Of a stretch of 64,000 bases of DNA, positions 19,905 to 30,061 are shown one piece after another (within the stretch, counting starts at the first letter, position 1; each line of letters opens with the position of its first letter). The position numbers were made by a program, and so were the translations under genes. The stretch is from NCBI GenBank assembly GCA_046290225.1, contig JBKAGE010000077.1, forward strand, positions 1 to 64,000, written 5' to 3'. Under the pieces are notes generated by a model. That model was not told where the DNA came from. It saw only the letters and a list, made by a program, of their open reading frames with translations, and ran no database searches. Origin of the DNA: Bradymonadia bacterium (GTDB taxonomy: Bacteria; Myxococcota_A; Bradymonadia; UBA7976; UBA1532).

Positions 19905-21551
19905 ATGGCAGCCCTCATCGATCGGCCCGAGTGGGCCGCCCTCAAGACCCACGCCGAGGCCATCGCCGGCACCCACCTGCGCGACCTCTTCGCTGCAGAT
20001 CCCGAGCGCTTCGACACTTTCTCCCGAAGCCTCGACGGCCTGCTCTTCGACTTCTCGAAACATCGCATCGACAGCGAGACCCTCGATCGGCTGGTGGCCC
20101 TCGCCAGAGCCTGTGACGTCGAGGGCTGGCGGGATCGTATGCTCGCCGGGGAGCACATCAACGGCACCGAAGATCGCGCCGTGCTCCATGTGGCTCTGCG
20201 CAACACCAGCGGTCGGCCCATGCAGGTCGATGGTGAAGACGTCATGCCCGGCATCGAAGAGGTCAGGGGGCGTATGGGCGCCTTCGCCGACCGGGTGCGC
20301 AGTGGTCAGTGGGTGGGCCAGACCGGTGAAGCCATCACCGACATCGTGAACATCGGCATCGGCGGCTCAGACCTGGGCCCTGCCATGGTGACTCAGGCCC
20401 TCACCGCCGATCATCACCCCCGGCTCACCGCCCACTTCGTCTCCAACGTCGACGGGGCCCAGATGCACCAGACGCTGAGCGGGCTGAACCCCGCCAGCAC
20501 CTTGTTCATCATCGCCAGCAAGACCTTCACCACCCAGGAGACCCTCACCAACGCCCGCACCGCCCGGAAGTGGCTCGTCGACGCCCTCGGCGACGAGGCG
20601 GCGGTGGCGAAGCACTTTGTGGCGGTGAGCACCAACCGCGAGGGGGTGCAGGCCTTCGGCATCGACCCCGAGAACATGTTCGGGTTCTGGAGCTGGGTCG
20701 GCGGGCGCTACTCGCTGTGGTCCGCCATCGGGCTGCCCATCATGCTCATGATCGGCCCCGACAACTTCACCGCCCTGCTCAGCGGCGCCCACGCTGTGGA
20801 CGAGCACTTCCGCACCGCCCCACTCGATCAGAACATCCCCGCCCTCATGGCCCTGCTCGGAGTGTGGTACCAGGGCTTCTTCGACGCCCACGCCCACGGC
20901 GTGCTGCCCTACGATCAGGGGCTCGCCCGACTGCCCGCGTATCTGCAACAGGCCGACATGGAGTCCAACGGCAAGGGCATCACCCGTGAGGGGCAGCCCG
21001 TGGGCTGGCACACCGGACCCATCGTCTTCGGCGAGCCCGGCACCAACGGCCAGCACGCGTTCTATCAATTGATTCATCAGGGCACCCGGGTCATCCCCTG
21101 CGACTTCATCGCCCCCGCCCGCCCCCGACACCCCTACGCTGATCATCACCAGATCCTGCTGGCCAACGTCTTCGCCCAGACCGAGGCCCTCATGAAGGGC
21201 AAGACCGCGGACGAGGCCCGGGCCGAGCTGAAGGCTCAGGGTCTCGCTGACGATGCCGTAGAGGCGCTGGTGCCCCACAAGGTCTTCACGGGCAACCGGC
21301 CCACCTCGACGATCCTCGTCGATGAGCTGACCCCGCACCGTCTGGGCATGCTCATCGCCCTCTATGAGCACAAGATCTTCGTACAGGGCATCATCTGGGG
21401 CATCTACAGCTTCGACCAGTGGGGTGTGGAGCTCGGCAAACAGCTGGCGAAGGCGATCCTGCCCAAGCTCGAGTCGGGCGAGGCAATGTCAGCCCACGAC
21501 GCCTCGACCGCAGGCCTAGTGGGGTGGATGCGCGATCACGGGCAAGGCTGA
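19905..21551 (+). CDS. pgi: Glucose-6-phosphate isomerase
   Basis: [44 protein letters not shown]. Confidence 0.98.
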   Translation: MAALIDRPEWAALKTHAEAIAGTHLRDLFAADPERFDTFSRSLDGLLFDFSKHRIDSETLDRLVALARACDVEGWRDRMLAGEHINGTEDRAVLHVALRNTSGRPMQVDGEDVMPGIEEVRGRMGAFADRVRSGQWVGQTGEAITDIVNIGIGGSDLGPAMVTQALTADHHPRLTAHFVSNVDGAQMHQTLSGLNPASTLFIIASKTFTTQETLTNARTARKWLVDALGDEAAVAKHFVAVSTNREGVQAFGIDPENMFGFWSWVGGRYSLWSAIGLPIMLMIGPDNFTALLSGAHAVDEHFRTAPLDQNIPALMALLGVWYQGFFDAHAHGVLPYDQGLARLPAYLQQADMESNGKGITREGQPVGWHTGPIVFGEPGTNGQHAFYQLIHQGTRVIPCDFIAPARPRHPYADHHQILLANVFAQTEALMKGKTADEARAELKAQGLADDAVEALVPHKVFTGNRPTSTILVDELTPHRLGMLIALYEHKIFVQGIIWGIYSFDQWGVELGKQLAKAILPKLESGEAMSAHDASTAGLVGWMRDHGQG

Positions 21552-21719
21552 GCGCCTGTATCCCGCGCCGCTCGGCGCGCGATCGTATCCAAAAGTCACA
21601 GTCGTGAACGGGTGTGACCCTTTGCCACGGTGTCCACACCTGTGAAGGGGCTGTGCCAAACCGCGGAACCCCCTTCAGACTGGCGGTTTGGGCCACCCTG
21701 CGTTGTGGAGAAACGAAGT

Positions 21720-21735
21720 TGGCACGGGGCCTGCT
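21720..21735 (+). promoter_or_regulatory. Candidate sigma54 promoter
   Basis: TGGCACGGGGCCTGCT (GG-N10-GC), with an upstream inverted repeat CCAAACCGC/GCGGTTTGG. Confidence 0.6.
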
Positions 21736-21772
21736 CTACGTGTGAACCGAATTTGGTTTACAGGAGCTTCCC

Positions 21773-22090
21773 ATGAACACGCGTCGCATCATCCTCACCG
21801 TCCTGAGCACCGCCCTCGCCGCCCTCACCATCGGCTGTGACGACATCCGCGAAGGCGATCCCTGCCTGCAGCGTGATCTCTACGAGTACAGGTGTGGACA
21901 ATGGCAGTCCACCGTGGGCACCAACCCAGTCTACAGATGCTTACCAGACGCCTACGATGGGCCAGTGCTCATCGAGGTCGACGCCTGCTACGCCGGCGAC
22001 ATGTGCGAGGTGAGCCCCGACCGGGAGGCCTACCGCTGCGCACCTGACTGGGAGGGCGAGCGCCGGTCATCTTCGATCGACTTCGACTGA
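21773..22090 (+). CDS. Small Cys-rich lipoprotein
   Basis: AGGAG RBS, LTIGC lipobox, six further Cys. Confidence 0.7.
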   Translation: MNTRRIILTVLSTALAALTIGCDDIREGDPCLQRDLYEYRCGQWQSTVGTNPVYRCLPDAYDGPVLIEVDACYAGDMCEVSPDREAYRCAPDWEGERRSSSIDFD

Positions 22091-22112
22091 CTTGAGTCTA
22101 CTGTGAGTAGAC

Positions 22113-23477
22113 TCACTCCTCTTCCTGATCTCGCGCAGGGTGCGCTGAGATCCAGCCTGCATAGTCTTCATACCCCACAACCTGCTGTCGAGCGGCCACC
22201 CGAGCCAGGATGTCGGCGCGTTGCGCCTCTGTGGGTGGCGCCATCTGACTGAGAGCCGAGGCCACGTGCTCTGCATGAGCAGCTGCGTGCTCCACAGGCG
22301 CCGTGGCCTGCAGTTCGCCCTCGCCCACACCCATCAGCCGGGCAGCCACGTGCTCTCCGATGGTGCCACCATGGCGTCGCGACACCGCGATGTTGCCCTT
22401 GCCGGTGACGACATTTCCGGCGCCGAAGACCGTGGGCAGCCCCCGCACCTCGCCGAGATCCCACTCTGCGTAGTCGATCAGCTCGCCTTGCATGGGCACC
22501 CCCTCGATGGGCAGCGGGATCGAGCCGATGCTGCTCACCACATAGGGTCCCCGGCGTTCGAAGGTCTGATCAGTAGGCTGTAGCTGGCCATCCACCACCT
22601 GCATCCGGCGGAAGACGAGGCCCACGACCCGATCTGCCTCTACGATGAGCGACTCAGGGCGAGCCAGCGTCTCCACAGTGAAGCGGTACTTCCGCAGCGT
22701 GCGCTCGATGATCTTCACCCTCGCCGAGCGTACCTTCGCCGCCTTCTCTGGAGAGGCCCCCTTCGGCATGGCCATCACGGGCATATCCTCGAAACCCCGA
22801 CGGTAGAAGAGGGTCACCCCCTCGATGCCCAGCTCTTCCCATGTGAGATCATGCGCATCCAGCACCTTGTCGAGGCCGAGCTTGTCGGCCTTCTCTCCGT
22901 CAAATTCGAGCCCTCGGGCCTCGAAAGCTCGCCGGGTCATCTCGAACATGTGCACTTTGCAGACATCCACCGAGGCGAGCCCACCGCCGACGACGAGAGC
23001 CCCGTCTACGGGCCGGTAGGCGTCGTTGTCGTGACCCGGCTCACCGAGGTGGTTGTACCAGCGCATGAGATCGTTCTGATACACGAGGCCTCGGCCCACG
23101 AAGGCGTCGGCGCCCTCGACGGGGAACGGCCGATCTCGCCAGGCACCACAGGCGAGCACCACGGCGCTGAAGCCCCAGCTGTTCACCAGGTCGTCGAAGG
23201 CGATGTCGGCCCCAATGCTTGTGCTGGGCACGACATGCACCCCAGGTTGACCAAGCTTGCGATCGATGATGCCAAACTCTCTGATGCGCTGGGCGCGGTG
23301 CCAGCGGGGCAGCCCCTCTTCGATCTTGCCGTAGGGCCGCTCGCGTTGATCGAAGACCACGACCTCGACGCCGTGATCGGCGAGCCGGGCTGCGACCTCG
23401 GCGCCGGCGCACGCGCCTCCGATGATCGCGACGATGTGTTTGCCTTCGGGAGATTGACTCTGAGGATGTGTGCTCAT
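22113..23477 (-). CDS. FAD/NAD(P)-dependent oxidoreductase (ferredoxin-NADP reductase/GltD-like)
   Basis: VAIIGGACAG, PYGKIEEGLPRWH, VVGGGLASVD, GAGNVVTG. Confidence 0.8.
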   Translation of the reverse strand: MSTHPQSQSPEGKHIVAIIGGACAGAEVAARLADHGVEVVVFDQRERPYGKIEEGLPRWHRAQRIREFGIIDRKLGQPGVHVVPSTSIGADIAFDDLVNSWGFSAVVLACGAWRDRPFPVEGADAFVGRGLVYQNDLMRWYNHLGEPGHDNDAYRPVDGALVVGGGLASVDVCKVHMFEMTRRAFEARGLEFDGEKADKLGLDKVLDAHDLTWEELGIEGVTLFYRRGFEDMPVMAMPKGASPEKAAKVRSARVKIIERTLRKYRFTVETLARPESLIVEADRVVGLVFRRMQVVDGQLQPTDQTFERRGPYVVSSIGSIPLPIEGVPMQGELIDYAEWDLGEVRGLPTVFGAGNVVTGKGNIAVSRRHGGTIGEHVAARLMGVGEGELQATAPVEHAAAHAEHVASALSQMAPPTEAQRADILARVAARQQVVGYEDYAGWISAHPARDQEEE

Positions 23478-23703
23478 GGGCTGATCGCTATCGAACTCGA
23501 GGAAGCCGAGCAATAGAGTACGCCCAACAAAAAGCAGTCGGGCACGAGAGACATGACCAAGACAGCATGAAGTGGCCCAACGACAGCTGGTGGTTCAGGT
23601 GAAGCGCTGAGCCCGTCTCGAAAGGCGCCAATGAAAAAACACGGAATCATCTGAGGCCGAGCGGTGTGAGTGATGGGTGTTTGACCCATTTCGCGAGCAC
23701 ACG

Positions 23704-25329
23704 ATGGCACCGAACCCGGCAAAGAGTGGATACACAGGCAGAGCACACACAGCACAGGCACCCGCCCACGCTGATCAACATGCTGACATCGACCCGGCAA
23801 ATGCTGCTGCTCACGGGCAGAGTGAAGAGGTGCGTGCAGCCTGGACTGATGCGCACACCACCACGGAGCAAGCACCCAACGGTGAGTTGCTGACCCACGA
23901 GGTCGAGCTGACTGATCCCGATCAGTGCCATGGGCTGACACGCACACAATCAGTGTTGCTGACGAGGTTCGCTCAAAGAGCACACGCCCTGGTGGCGCCA
24001 TGGGGCAGCCAGAGAGAGACCACCGAGCTTCGGTTCGACGCGCATGATCTCGAGTCCATCCTCGCCGACACGATCATGAAGTTTGCCCAGCTGGCCGACA
24101 GCAGCCGGTCAGACGGCACGAACGACAATCTGCTCCAACACCCTGAAGCCCGTGCGCGGGTGAAAGCGCTGCTCAGCGAAGGGTACTTTATCCAATACAT
24201 TCGGGAAATCAGGGTGTTCAACCAAAGCAGCCTGGAGGGGTACTTCAGCCTGCTGGACCTCAAACACACACCCATCATGCACATGTACGAGATCTCTTCG
24301 GTGTTGGAGGCAACCGTGGACCAGAAAGGGTATTCAGGCTCGATACAGGTGCACACCATCAAATACACAAACGAGATGGGGATGCACTGGACAGCGAACA
24401 TCCTGATGCCCACGGTGGGCATCAGCCTGAGCCTTGAGCAGGTCCTCGGTCACCTCACCGGAGGTGCCGTGCCACCAGCGGTCAAGATGCCATCGCCCTC
24501 CCTCTCACCGGGCTCGGGGCTGATACCGGAAGAGGCTGGCCCATTCGTGTCGAACCTCGGTAAGGGCCACGCGCAGTCCATGGCCTACTTTGCGCCATCC
24601 TTCTTCTCAGGCGCCATTGTGTACATGCCAGAGGTCAGCGCTGAGCTGGGCCTGAAGTACAGCGCCCTCGCCAATGCGGACTTTCACAACAACGGCAAGA
24701 ACCTGAACTTTGACACCAGAGGCTGGTCTGTCGCCATTGCCGACAGCATGCCCACGCCCAATGCCACCCTCGGCATCAAAGTCGGCACCGCCCTCATCTC
24801 TGACCCACCCTCCACTTTGGGCGGTATGCCTGAGGCAACGCCCCAACCCAAACCAGAGATCGCCACGGACTGGCAGCTCTTTGGCCAAGCGACAGTTCAG
24901 TTTCAGACCAATAAGGTAGAACTGACCAGCTCGGCGCAGCAGGCGCTGAACACGTTGTGTGAGAAGATTTACGAAGCGGTCAGGGCCAACCCGGGCATCC
25001 AATTTCAGGCAGAGACCATCGGCTCTGCGTCGCAAAAATACCGCACGTCGTCTTCAGACGCCGAGCGCCTCCGCTTGAACGAGAAGCTCGCCGCAGAGCG
25101 CGCAGCCCACACGCGAGACTACCTGGCCACGCGGCTGCCCAAAGAGCACAACGTTCTGGCGGGTCAGGTCTTCTCTGCAGTGGATCAAGACGAGACCTTA
25201 TGGATCAAGGCGCCTGAAGGCACCTCACCGGACGACAACCGCTCGGAAGACAAACAGGCCATCGTCCGTGTCTGGTCGCAAGGCTGCACATCTCCTGTGC
25301 CCAAGCGCGCCCACGAGGGCAAGCGATGA
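23704..25329 (+). CDS. Hypothetical protein with C-terminal OmpA-like domain
   Basis: VQFQTNKVEL...IGSAS...NEKLAAERA motif. Disordered N-terminus and no signal peptide. Confidence 0.6.
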   Translation: MAPNPAKSGYTGRAHTAQAPAHADQHADIDPANAAAHGQSEEVRAAWTDAHTTTEQAPNGELLTHEVELTDPDQCHGLTRTQSVLLTRFAQRAHALVAPWGSQRETTELRFDAHDLESILADTIMKFAQLADSSRSDGTNDNLLQHPEARARVKALLSEGYFIQYIREIRVFNQSSLEGYFSLLDLKHTPIMHMYEISSVLEATVDQKGYSGSIQVHTIKYTNEMGMHWTANILMPTVGISLSLEQVLGHLTGGAVPPAVKMPSPSLSPGSGLIPEEAGPFVSNLGKGHAQSMAYFAPSFFSGAIVYMPEVSAELGLKYSALANADFHNNGKNLNFDTRGWSVAIADSMPTPNATLGIKVGTALISDPPSTLGGMPEATPQPKPEIATDWQLFGQATVQFQTNKVELTSSAQQALNTLCEKIYEAVRANPGIQFQAETIGSASQKYRTSSSDAERLRLNEKLAAERAAHTRDYLATRLPKEHNVLAGQVFSAVDQDETLWIKAPEGTSPDDNRSEDKQAIVRVWSQGCTSPVPKRAHEGKR

Positions 25330-26066
25330 GCGTGCTTGTCGATGCTCTGCCATGGCTCTTGTGGCTTCTGGTGGTGGCCGTGCTCATCAAATATCGTCGC
25401 CTGCCTGCTCAAGGCCGGACGCTCCGACTCCGAGACAGCGACGCCGGACACGACGGCAGTCATGTGTGTATACGCTGTGGCAGCGCTGCGCTCTTGATGA
25501 AGGATGCTTACCGTTACACATGCCAGGGGTGTGGATACGAAGGGGGTGATGTGCCCGCACCTGTTCAGGAGGCGTGGTACCTCGAGCGCCTGCGCGCGAT
25601 GTCATCTCTGGAGCGACTTCAGCATCAGAAGACGCTGCTCCACCACGCATCTCAGCAACTCGAGCGCGCATGGGACTTCTCTCACGAGGTGCCCCACATG
25701 CGCCCCAGGCACCGGCGGGCGCTCAAACGGTACGTTCACTGGCCCACTCAACGCCGTCGTCCGTGGAACGAGGGTGACAGCCAGCGGGTCGCAGTCTGGG
25801 GCGACATCATCGAGATCTTGCTCGAGGTCGAAGCGAAGCTGCACGAGGCAGACGCCATCAACGCCATTGTGTATCCCGAGCGATGGCACACCACCATCGA
25901 CGCCCACCTCGTGCCCCGACACACTCAAATCTATGACATGTCACCAGAGGCCGCCCAGGTGCTGGTGGGTGTGTGGCAGGCTTACTGCGCGCGCATTCGC
26001 AGTGCACACGCCGAAGAGGTGCCGCGCACGGCTCGAAGCTGGACCATCGGCCGCACGCTCGACTGA
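25326..26066 (+). CDS. Membrane-anchored zinc-ribbon protein
   Basis: N-terminal TM, CIRC...CQGC. ATGA overlap with the upstream gene. Confidence 0.55.
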   Translation: MSVLVDALPWLLWLLVVAVLIKYRRLPAQGRTLRLRDSDAGHDGSHVCIRCGSAALLMKDAYRYTCQGCGYEGGDVPAPVQEAWYLERLRAMSSLERLQHQKTLLHHASQQLERAWDFSHEVPHMRPRHRRALKRYVHWPTQRRRPWNEGDSQRVAVWGDIIEILLEVEAKLHEADAINAIVYPERWHTTIDAHLVPRHTQIYDMSPEAAQVLVGVWQAYCARIRSAHAEEVPRTARSWTIGRTLD

Positions 26067-26092
26067 TCGGGCCCTACGTTCAACTTGAGTCG

Positions 26093-26554
26093 TCAGGGTG
26101 TGGTGGGCTGTGGGATCGGGATGATCTTCCGCTGAGGCGCTGGCATCGATGGTGTCTTGCGACGTCGGGTGGTGCGATCGATGAACTGCAGTCCTGGGCC
26201 ATAGCGCGTGATCGTATCGGTGATGCCCTGGCGGCGCCGCACCACGCGCACCACCGGCACCGGCCGACCATCGATGAGGCCCCAAGCAATAGACTCGGGC
26301 ACTTCTGCCACGGGCACTTGCCGCTCACCGCCATCAGGGTGATTCACCATGGCGACGGTGCCCGGATGCGGCGGGCGTTTGGGCTTTGCTGGTTTTTGGA
26401 TCTTGGCCGGCTCAGCGTCAGGGGTCGCAGTCTGTGAATGCGTTGTCTCTGAAGGTGCAGCATCTGGGAGCGCAGCCTCTGAAGGCGGCGTGCCTTTCGA
26501 ACTGCAGCCTGACAACAACAACCACAACACCCACATTCGAGGGCGGTCGAGCAT
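26093..26554 (-). CDS. Hypothetical lipoprotein
   Basis: LLSGC lipobox, Pro-rich linker. Confidence 0.55.
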   Translation of the reverse strand: MLDRPRMWVLWLLLSGCSSKGTPPSEAALPDAAPSETTHSQTATPDAEPAKIQKPAKPKRPPHPGTVAMVNHPDGGERQVPVAEVPESIAWGLIDGRPVPVVRVVRRRQGITDTITRYGPGLQFIDRTTRRRKTPSMPAPQRKIIPIPQPTTP

Positions 26555-26727
26555 GTGCGCACTCCCACGTCACCGTGCCCGCCAGACAGCAGCGGGGCTC
26601 GGTGACGTGTATCACGCCCACCCCCAGGGCTGCCTGCGAGATGAGAATTGTGGCCGAGATTCTCGCCCCCACCACCCTCGAGGTGTATCGAGAGATCCTG
26701 TATCACCCCGTGAGGAGAGAGCTTACT

Positions 26728-28197
26728 TTGACTCGCGCAGCCCTGACGAAGCCTGTACTGGTCGTACTCGCGGCATGTGTCGTCGGGTGCGGCGGCGCCC
26801 CGCCTCGACAAGAGACGCCTCTACCCTCTGAAGCCGAACTGCGTGCACAGCTCGACGCTCTGGAGCACACCCCCCTCGTCGACACGGCCCTGCCTGCGCT
26901 GCCCGATGCGCCCGGCGTCCTCATCCGAGGGGCCACGGTGCTCACCGCCGCTGGGGATCGCCACAGCCCGGGCTGGATCCGGCTGAAGGGCGGACGCATC
27001 GACGATCTCGGCTCCGGCGAAGGCCCCGAGCCGCTGAACGGCGAGCGGGTCATCGAGGCAGAGGGGCGATTCGTCACCCCTGGCCTCGTGGACACCCACA
27101 GCCACATGGGGGTCTATGCCCAGCCGCGTATCTGGGCGCACGCTGACGGCAATGAGATGACCAACCCAGTCACCGCTGGTGTCTGGTCCGAGCATGGCTT
27201 CTGGCCTCAAGATCCCACCCTTCAGAGAGCTGTCGCCGGCGGGGTGACCACGGCGCAAATCCTGCCCGGGAGCGGCAACCTGATGGGCGGTCGGGCGGTG
27301 ACGCTGAAGCTTCACCCTCGGCGTAACGCCCGGGCCATGCGGTTCCCCGGCGCCCCTGCGGGGCTGAAGATGGCCTGCGGCGAGAACCCCAAGCGGGTGT
27401 ACGGCAAGTACCGAAAAGCGATGCCTATGAGCCGTATGGGCAGCATCTACATGATGCGAGACCGATGGGTGAAGGCCAGCGCCTACGCCCGCAAGTGGGC
27501 GAAGTGGCGCGAGGACCCCTACACGAAGAACAAGAAGGGTCAGAAGACCGGGATCAAACCGCCCCCGGATCGAGATCTGGTGCTCGAAACACTCTCCGAG
27601 GTGCTCGCCGGGCGCGTGCTGGTGCACGTGCACTGTTATCGCGCCGACGAGATGCTCACTCAGCTGCAGCTCGCCCGGGAGTTCGGGTACTCGATCCGCT
27701 CGTTCCACCACGCCGTGGAGGCGTACAAGATCAGCGACGTGCTGGCGAAGGCCAACGTCTCGGTGAGCACCTGGGCCGACTGGTGGGGGTTCAAGATCGA
27801 GGCCTACGACGCCGTGGAGCAGAACCTCGCCCTGGTGCACGCCGCTGGAGGCCGCGCCATCTTGCACACCGACAGCCCCGAGGGGATCCAGCGCATGAAC
27901 CAGGAGGCGGCGAAGGGCCTCTATGCCGGCCGCCGGGCGGGCCTGAAGATCACCGAAGACGAGGCCCTGCAGTGGCTCACCCTGCACCCCGCCTGGGCCC
28001 TCGGGATCCATGAACAGACTGGCACCCTGGAGAAAGGCAAGATGGCCGACGTGGTCATCTGGGACGGACACCCTTTCAGCGTCTATACCCGGGCCCAGTA
28101 CGTCTTCATCGACGGCCATCAGCGCCACGGCCCCGGAGCCACGGAGACCTGGAGCGACTTCGAGGTGGGGCACCCTGCCGCCGTGGAGACACCATGA
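26728..28197 (+). CDS. Amidohydrolase family lipoprotein
   Basis: TPGLVDTHSH, LKMACGENPKRVYG, VHCYRADE, FHHAVE, GTLEKGKMADVVIW. TTG start after GAGGAG. Confidence 0.9.
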   Translation: MTRAALTKPVLVVLAACVVGCGGAPPRQETPLPSEAELRAQLDALEHTPLVDTALPALPDAPGVLIRGATVLTAAGDRHSPGWIRLKGGRIDDLGSGEGPEPLNGERVIEAEGRFVTPGLVDTHSHMGVYAQPRIWAHADGNEMTNPVTAGVWSEHGFWPQDPTLQRAVAGGVTTAQILPGSGNLMGGRAVTLKLHPRRNARAMRFPGAPAGLKMACGENPKRVYGKYRKAMPMSRMGSIYMMRDRWVKASAYARKWAKWREDPYTKNKKGQKTGIKPPPDRDLVLETLSEVLAGRVLVHVHCYRADEMLTQLQLAREFGYSIRSFHHAVEAYKISDVLAKANVSVSTWADWWGFKIEAYDAVEQNLALVHAAGGRAILHTDSPEGIQRMNQEAAKGLYAGRRAGLKITEDEALQWLTLHPAWALGIHEQTGTLEKGKMADVVIWDGHPFSVYTRAQYVFIDGHQRHGPGATETWSDFEVGHPAAVETP

Positions 28198-29387
28198 TCA
28201 GCATCTGGGCCACCCTGGCCATCGTCGGCGCCACCGTGCACACCGGTGACGGCGCCCCGCTCGAGAAAGCCACAGTGATCATCGAGGGGGACCGCGTCAC
28301 CGCCGTGGGCGTGGGCATCGTCGCGCCTGCAGGGGCCGAGATCATCGACGGCGCTGGCAAAGTCGTCACCGCGGGGCTCATCGATCCCAGCACGGGGCTG
28401 GGTCTCGAGGAGATCAGCGGCGTCGGCGAGACCGTCGATCGCGCCCCGAAGACCGACGACCCGATCCGCGCCGCTCTCGATGCCGGTGATGTCTTCAACC
28501 CCTTCAGCGCAGTGATCCCCGTTCAACGGGCCCACGGCGTTACGGCGGCCCTCACCACCCCACGGGGTGGTCTCGTCTCCGGCCGTGCCCGAGCGATCTC
28601 GCTGTCGAAGACTCCAGCCCTCGTCGACACCCCTGGCGCCATGGTGATCCGCTATGGCGGCCTCGCAGAGGGCAGCCGCGCCACGCAATGGGTGCGCCTC
28701 GTAGAAGCCCTCGACGAGGCGGCCTTTTTCGAGCGGAACGCCACCGCCTGGCGCAAGAACAAGACGCGAGACCTGGCATTGAGCGCGGTTGATCTCGCCG
28801 CGCTGGTCCCGGTGATGCGCGATGAGCAGCCGCTGCTCGTGTATGTCGACCGTCGCGCCGACGTGCGCACCGTGCTCCGACTCAAAGCGCGCTTCCCCGC
28901 TCTGCGCATCATCATCGCCAGCGGCGCCGAGGCCTGGCTCGAGGTCTCACAGCTCGCGCAGATGAAGGTGCCAGTGATCGTCGACCCTTCAGTGAACCAA
29001 CCCACTACGATGGACCGGGTGCATGCCCGAGAAGACGCCGCAGCGATCCTGCACCGCGCCGGTGTGCCGGTAATGTTGAGCACGTTCTCGACGCACAACG
29101 TCCGCAAGCTGCGCCAGTGGGCTGGCAACGCCGTGCGGGCGGGCCTACCCCACGAGGCGGCGCTCCAGGCGATCACCACGACACCTGCGCAGATCTTTGG
29201 GTTGAAGGATCGAGGCGTCATCGCCCGCGGCGCCATCGCCGACGTGGTGGTGTGGTCAGGTGACCCCTTCGAGCTGTCCACCCACGCCGAGGTGGTGATC
29301 ATCGGCGGCGAGGTGCAGCCCTCGGACCATCGCCAGCGACAGCTGATGGAGCGCTACCGCGCCCCGGGCCGACCGGGTATGCGTTGA
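28194..29387 (+). CDS. Amidohydrolase family protein, partner subunit
   Basis: GKVVTAGLID lacking HxH, ITTTPAQIFG, ADVVVWSGDPFE. ATGA-coupled. Confidence 0.85.
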   Translation: MISIWATLAIVGATVHTGDGAPLEKATVIIEGDRVTAVGVGIVAPAGAEIIDGAGKVVTAGLIDPSTGLGLEEISGVGETVDRAPKTDDPIRAALDAGDVFNPFSAVIPVQRAHGVTAALTTPRGGLVSGRARAISLSKTPALVDTPGAMVIRYGGLAEGSRATQWVRLVEALDEAAFFERNATAWRKNKTRDLALSAVDLAALVPVMRDEQPLLVYVDRRADVRTVLRLKARFPALRIIIASGAEAWLEVSQLAQMKVPVIVDPSVNQPTTMDRVHAREDAAAILHRAGVPVMLSTFSTHNVRKLRQWAGNAVRAGLPHEAALQAITTTPAQIFGLKDRGVIARGAIADVVVWSGDPFELSTHAEVVIIGGEVQPSDHRQRQLMERYRAPGRPGMR

Positions 29388-29467
29388 TTCGGGCCAGATG
29401 AACGCGTGTGGCAGCCAACGCCCACGATTTCTTGTACGCTCCCTCTGCACATCGCCTTGGGGGCAAA

Positions 29468-30016
29468 ATGACAGACGAATGGGTCGAGCTTGCCTCGCTG
29501 CCCGACATCGCCGCAGCGCACTTGATGAAGAGCCAGCTGAGCGCTTACGAGATCCCGACGCGGATTCCCGATGAGCACACAGCGAGCATCAACTGGCTGT
29601 TGTCTAATGTTATCGGCGGCGTGCGTGTGCTCGTGCCCAAGTCCCACCTCGAGCAAGCCCTCGAGATCATCGGAGGTGATGGCGAGGAAGCCCTCGCTGC
29701 CCTCGAAGCCGAGGCCCTCGGCTTCAACCACCCGGGGGGCACACCCCCTGAATCACCGAGCCAGTCCACCAGCAATTCGACAGACCCCGACGAGCTGGCC
29801 CACAGCGCCCTGCGCTCTGCCATCGTCGGCATCTTGCTCGTCTTCGTGTTGCCGTATGTCCTGCGTATGAGCATCGTCGCGGTGATGCAGAAGGGCATGA
29901 CTGCCCGAGGGCGCCGAAACGCGTGGATGGCGTTGGGGCTCACCCTCGCCGCCTGCGCACTGTGGGGCTATCTGCTGATGATGTTGATCGGCACGTCCAC
30001 CCGTGAGGTCAGGTGA
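29468..30016 (+). CDS. DUF2007-domain membrane protein
   Basis: AHLMKSQL.AYEIP....DE...GGVRVLVP, C-terminal TM segments. Confidence 0.7.
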   Translation: MTDEWVELASLPDIAAAHLMKSQLSAYEIPTRIPDEHTASINWLLSNVIGGVRVLVPKSHLEQALEIIGGDGEEALAALEAEALGFNHPGGTPPESPSQSTSNSTDPDELAHSALRSAIVGILLVFVLPYVLRMSIVAVMQKGMTARGRRNAWMALGLTLAACALWGYLLMMLIGTSTREVR

Positions 30017-30061
30017 GCTCGACAGTGCTGTGATCCCGACTGTGCTGCGACGGCGCTGTGA

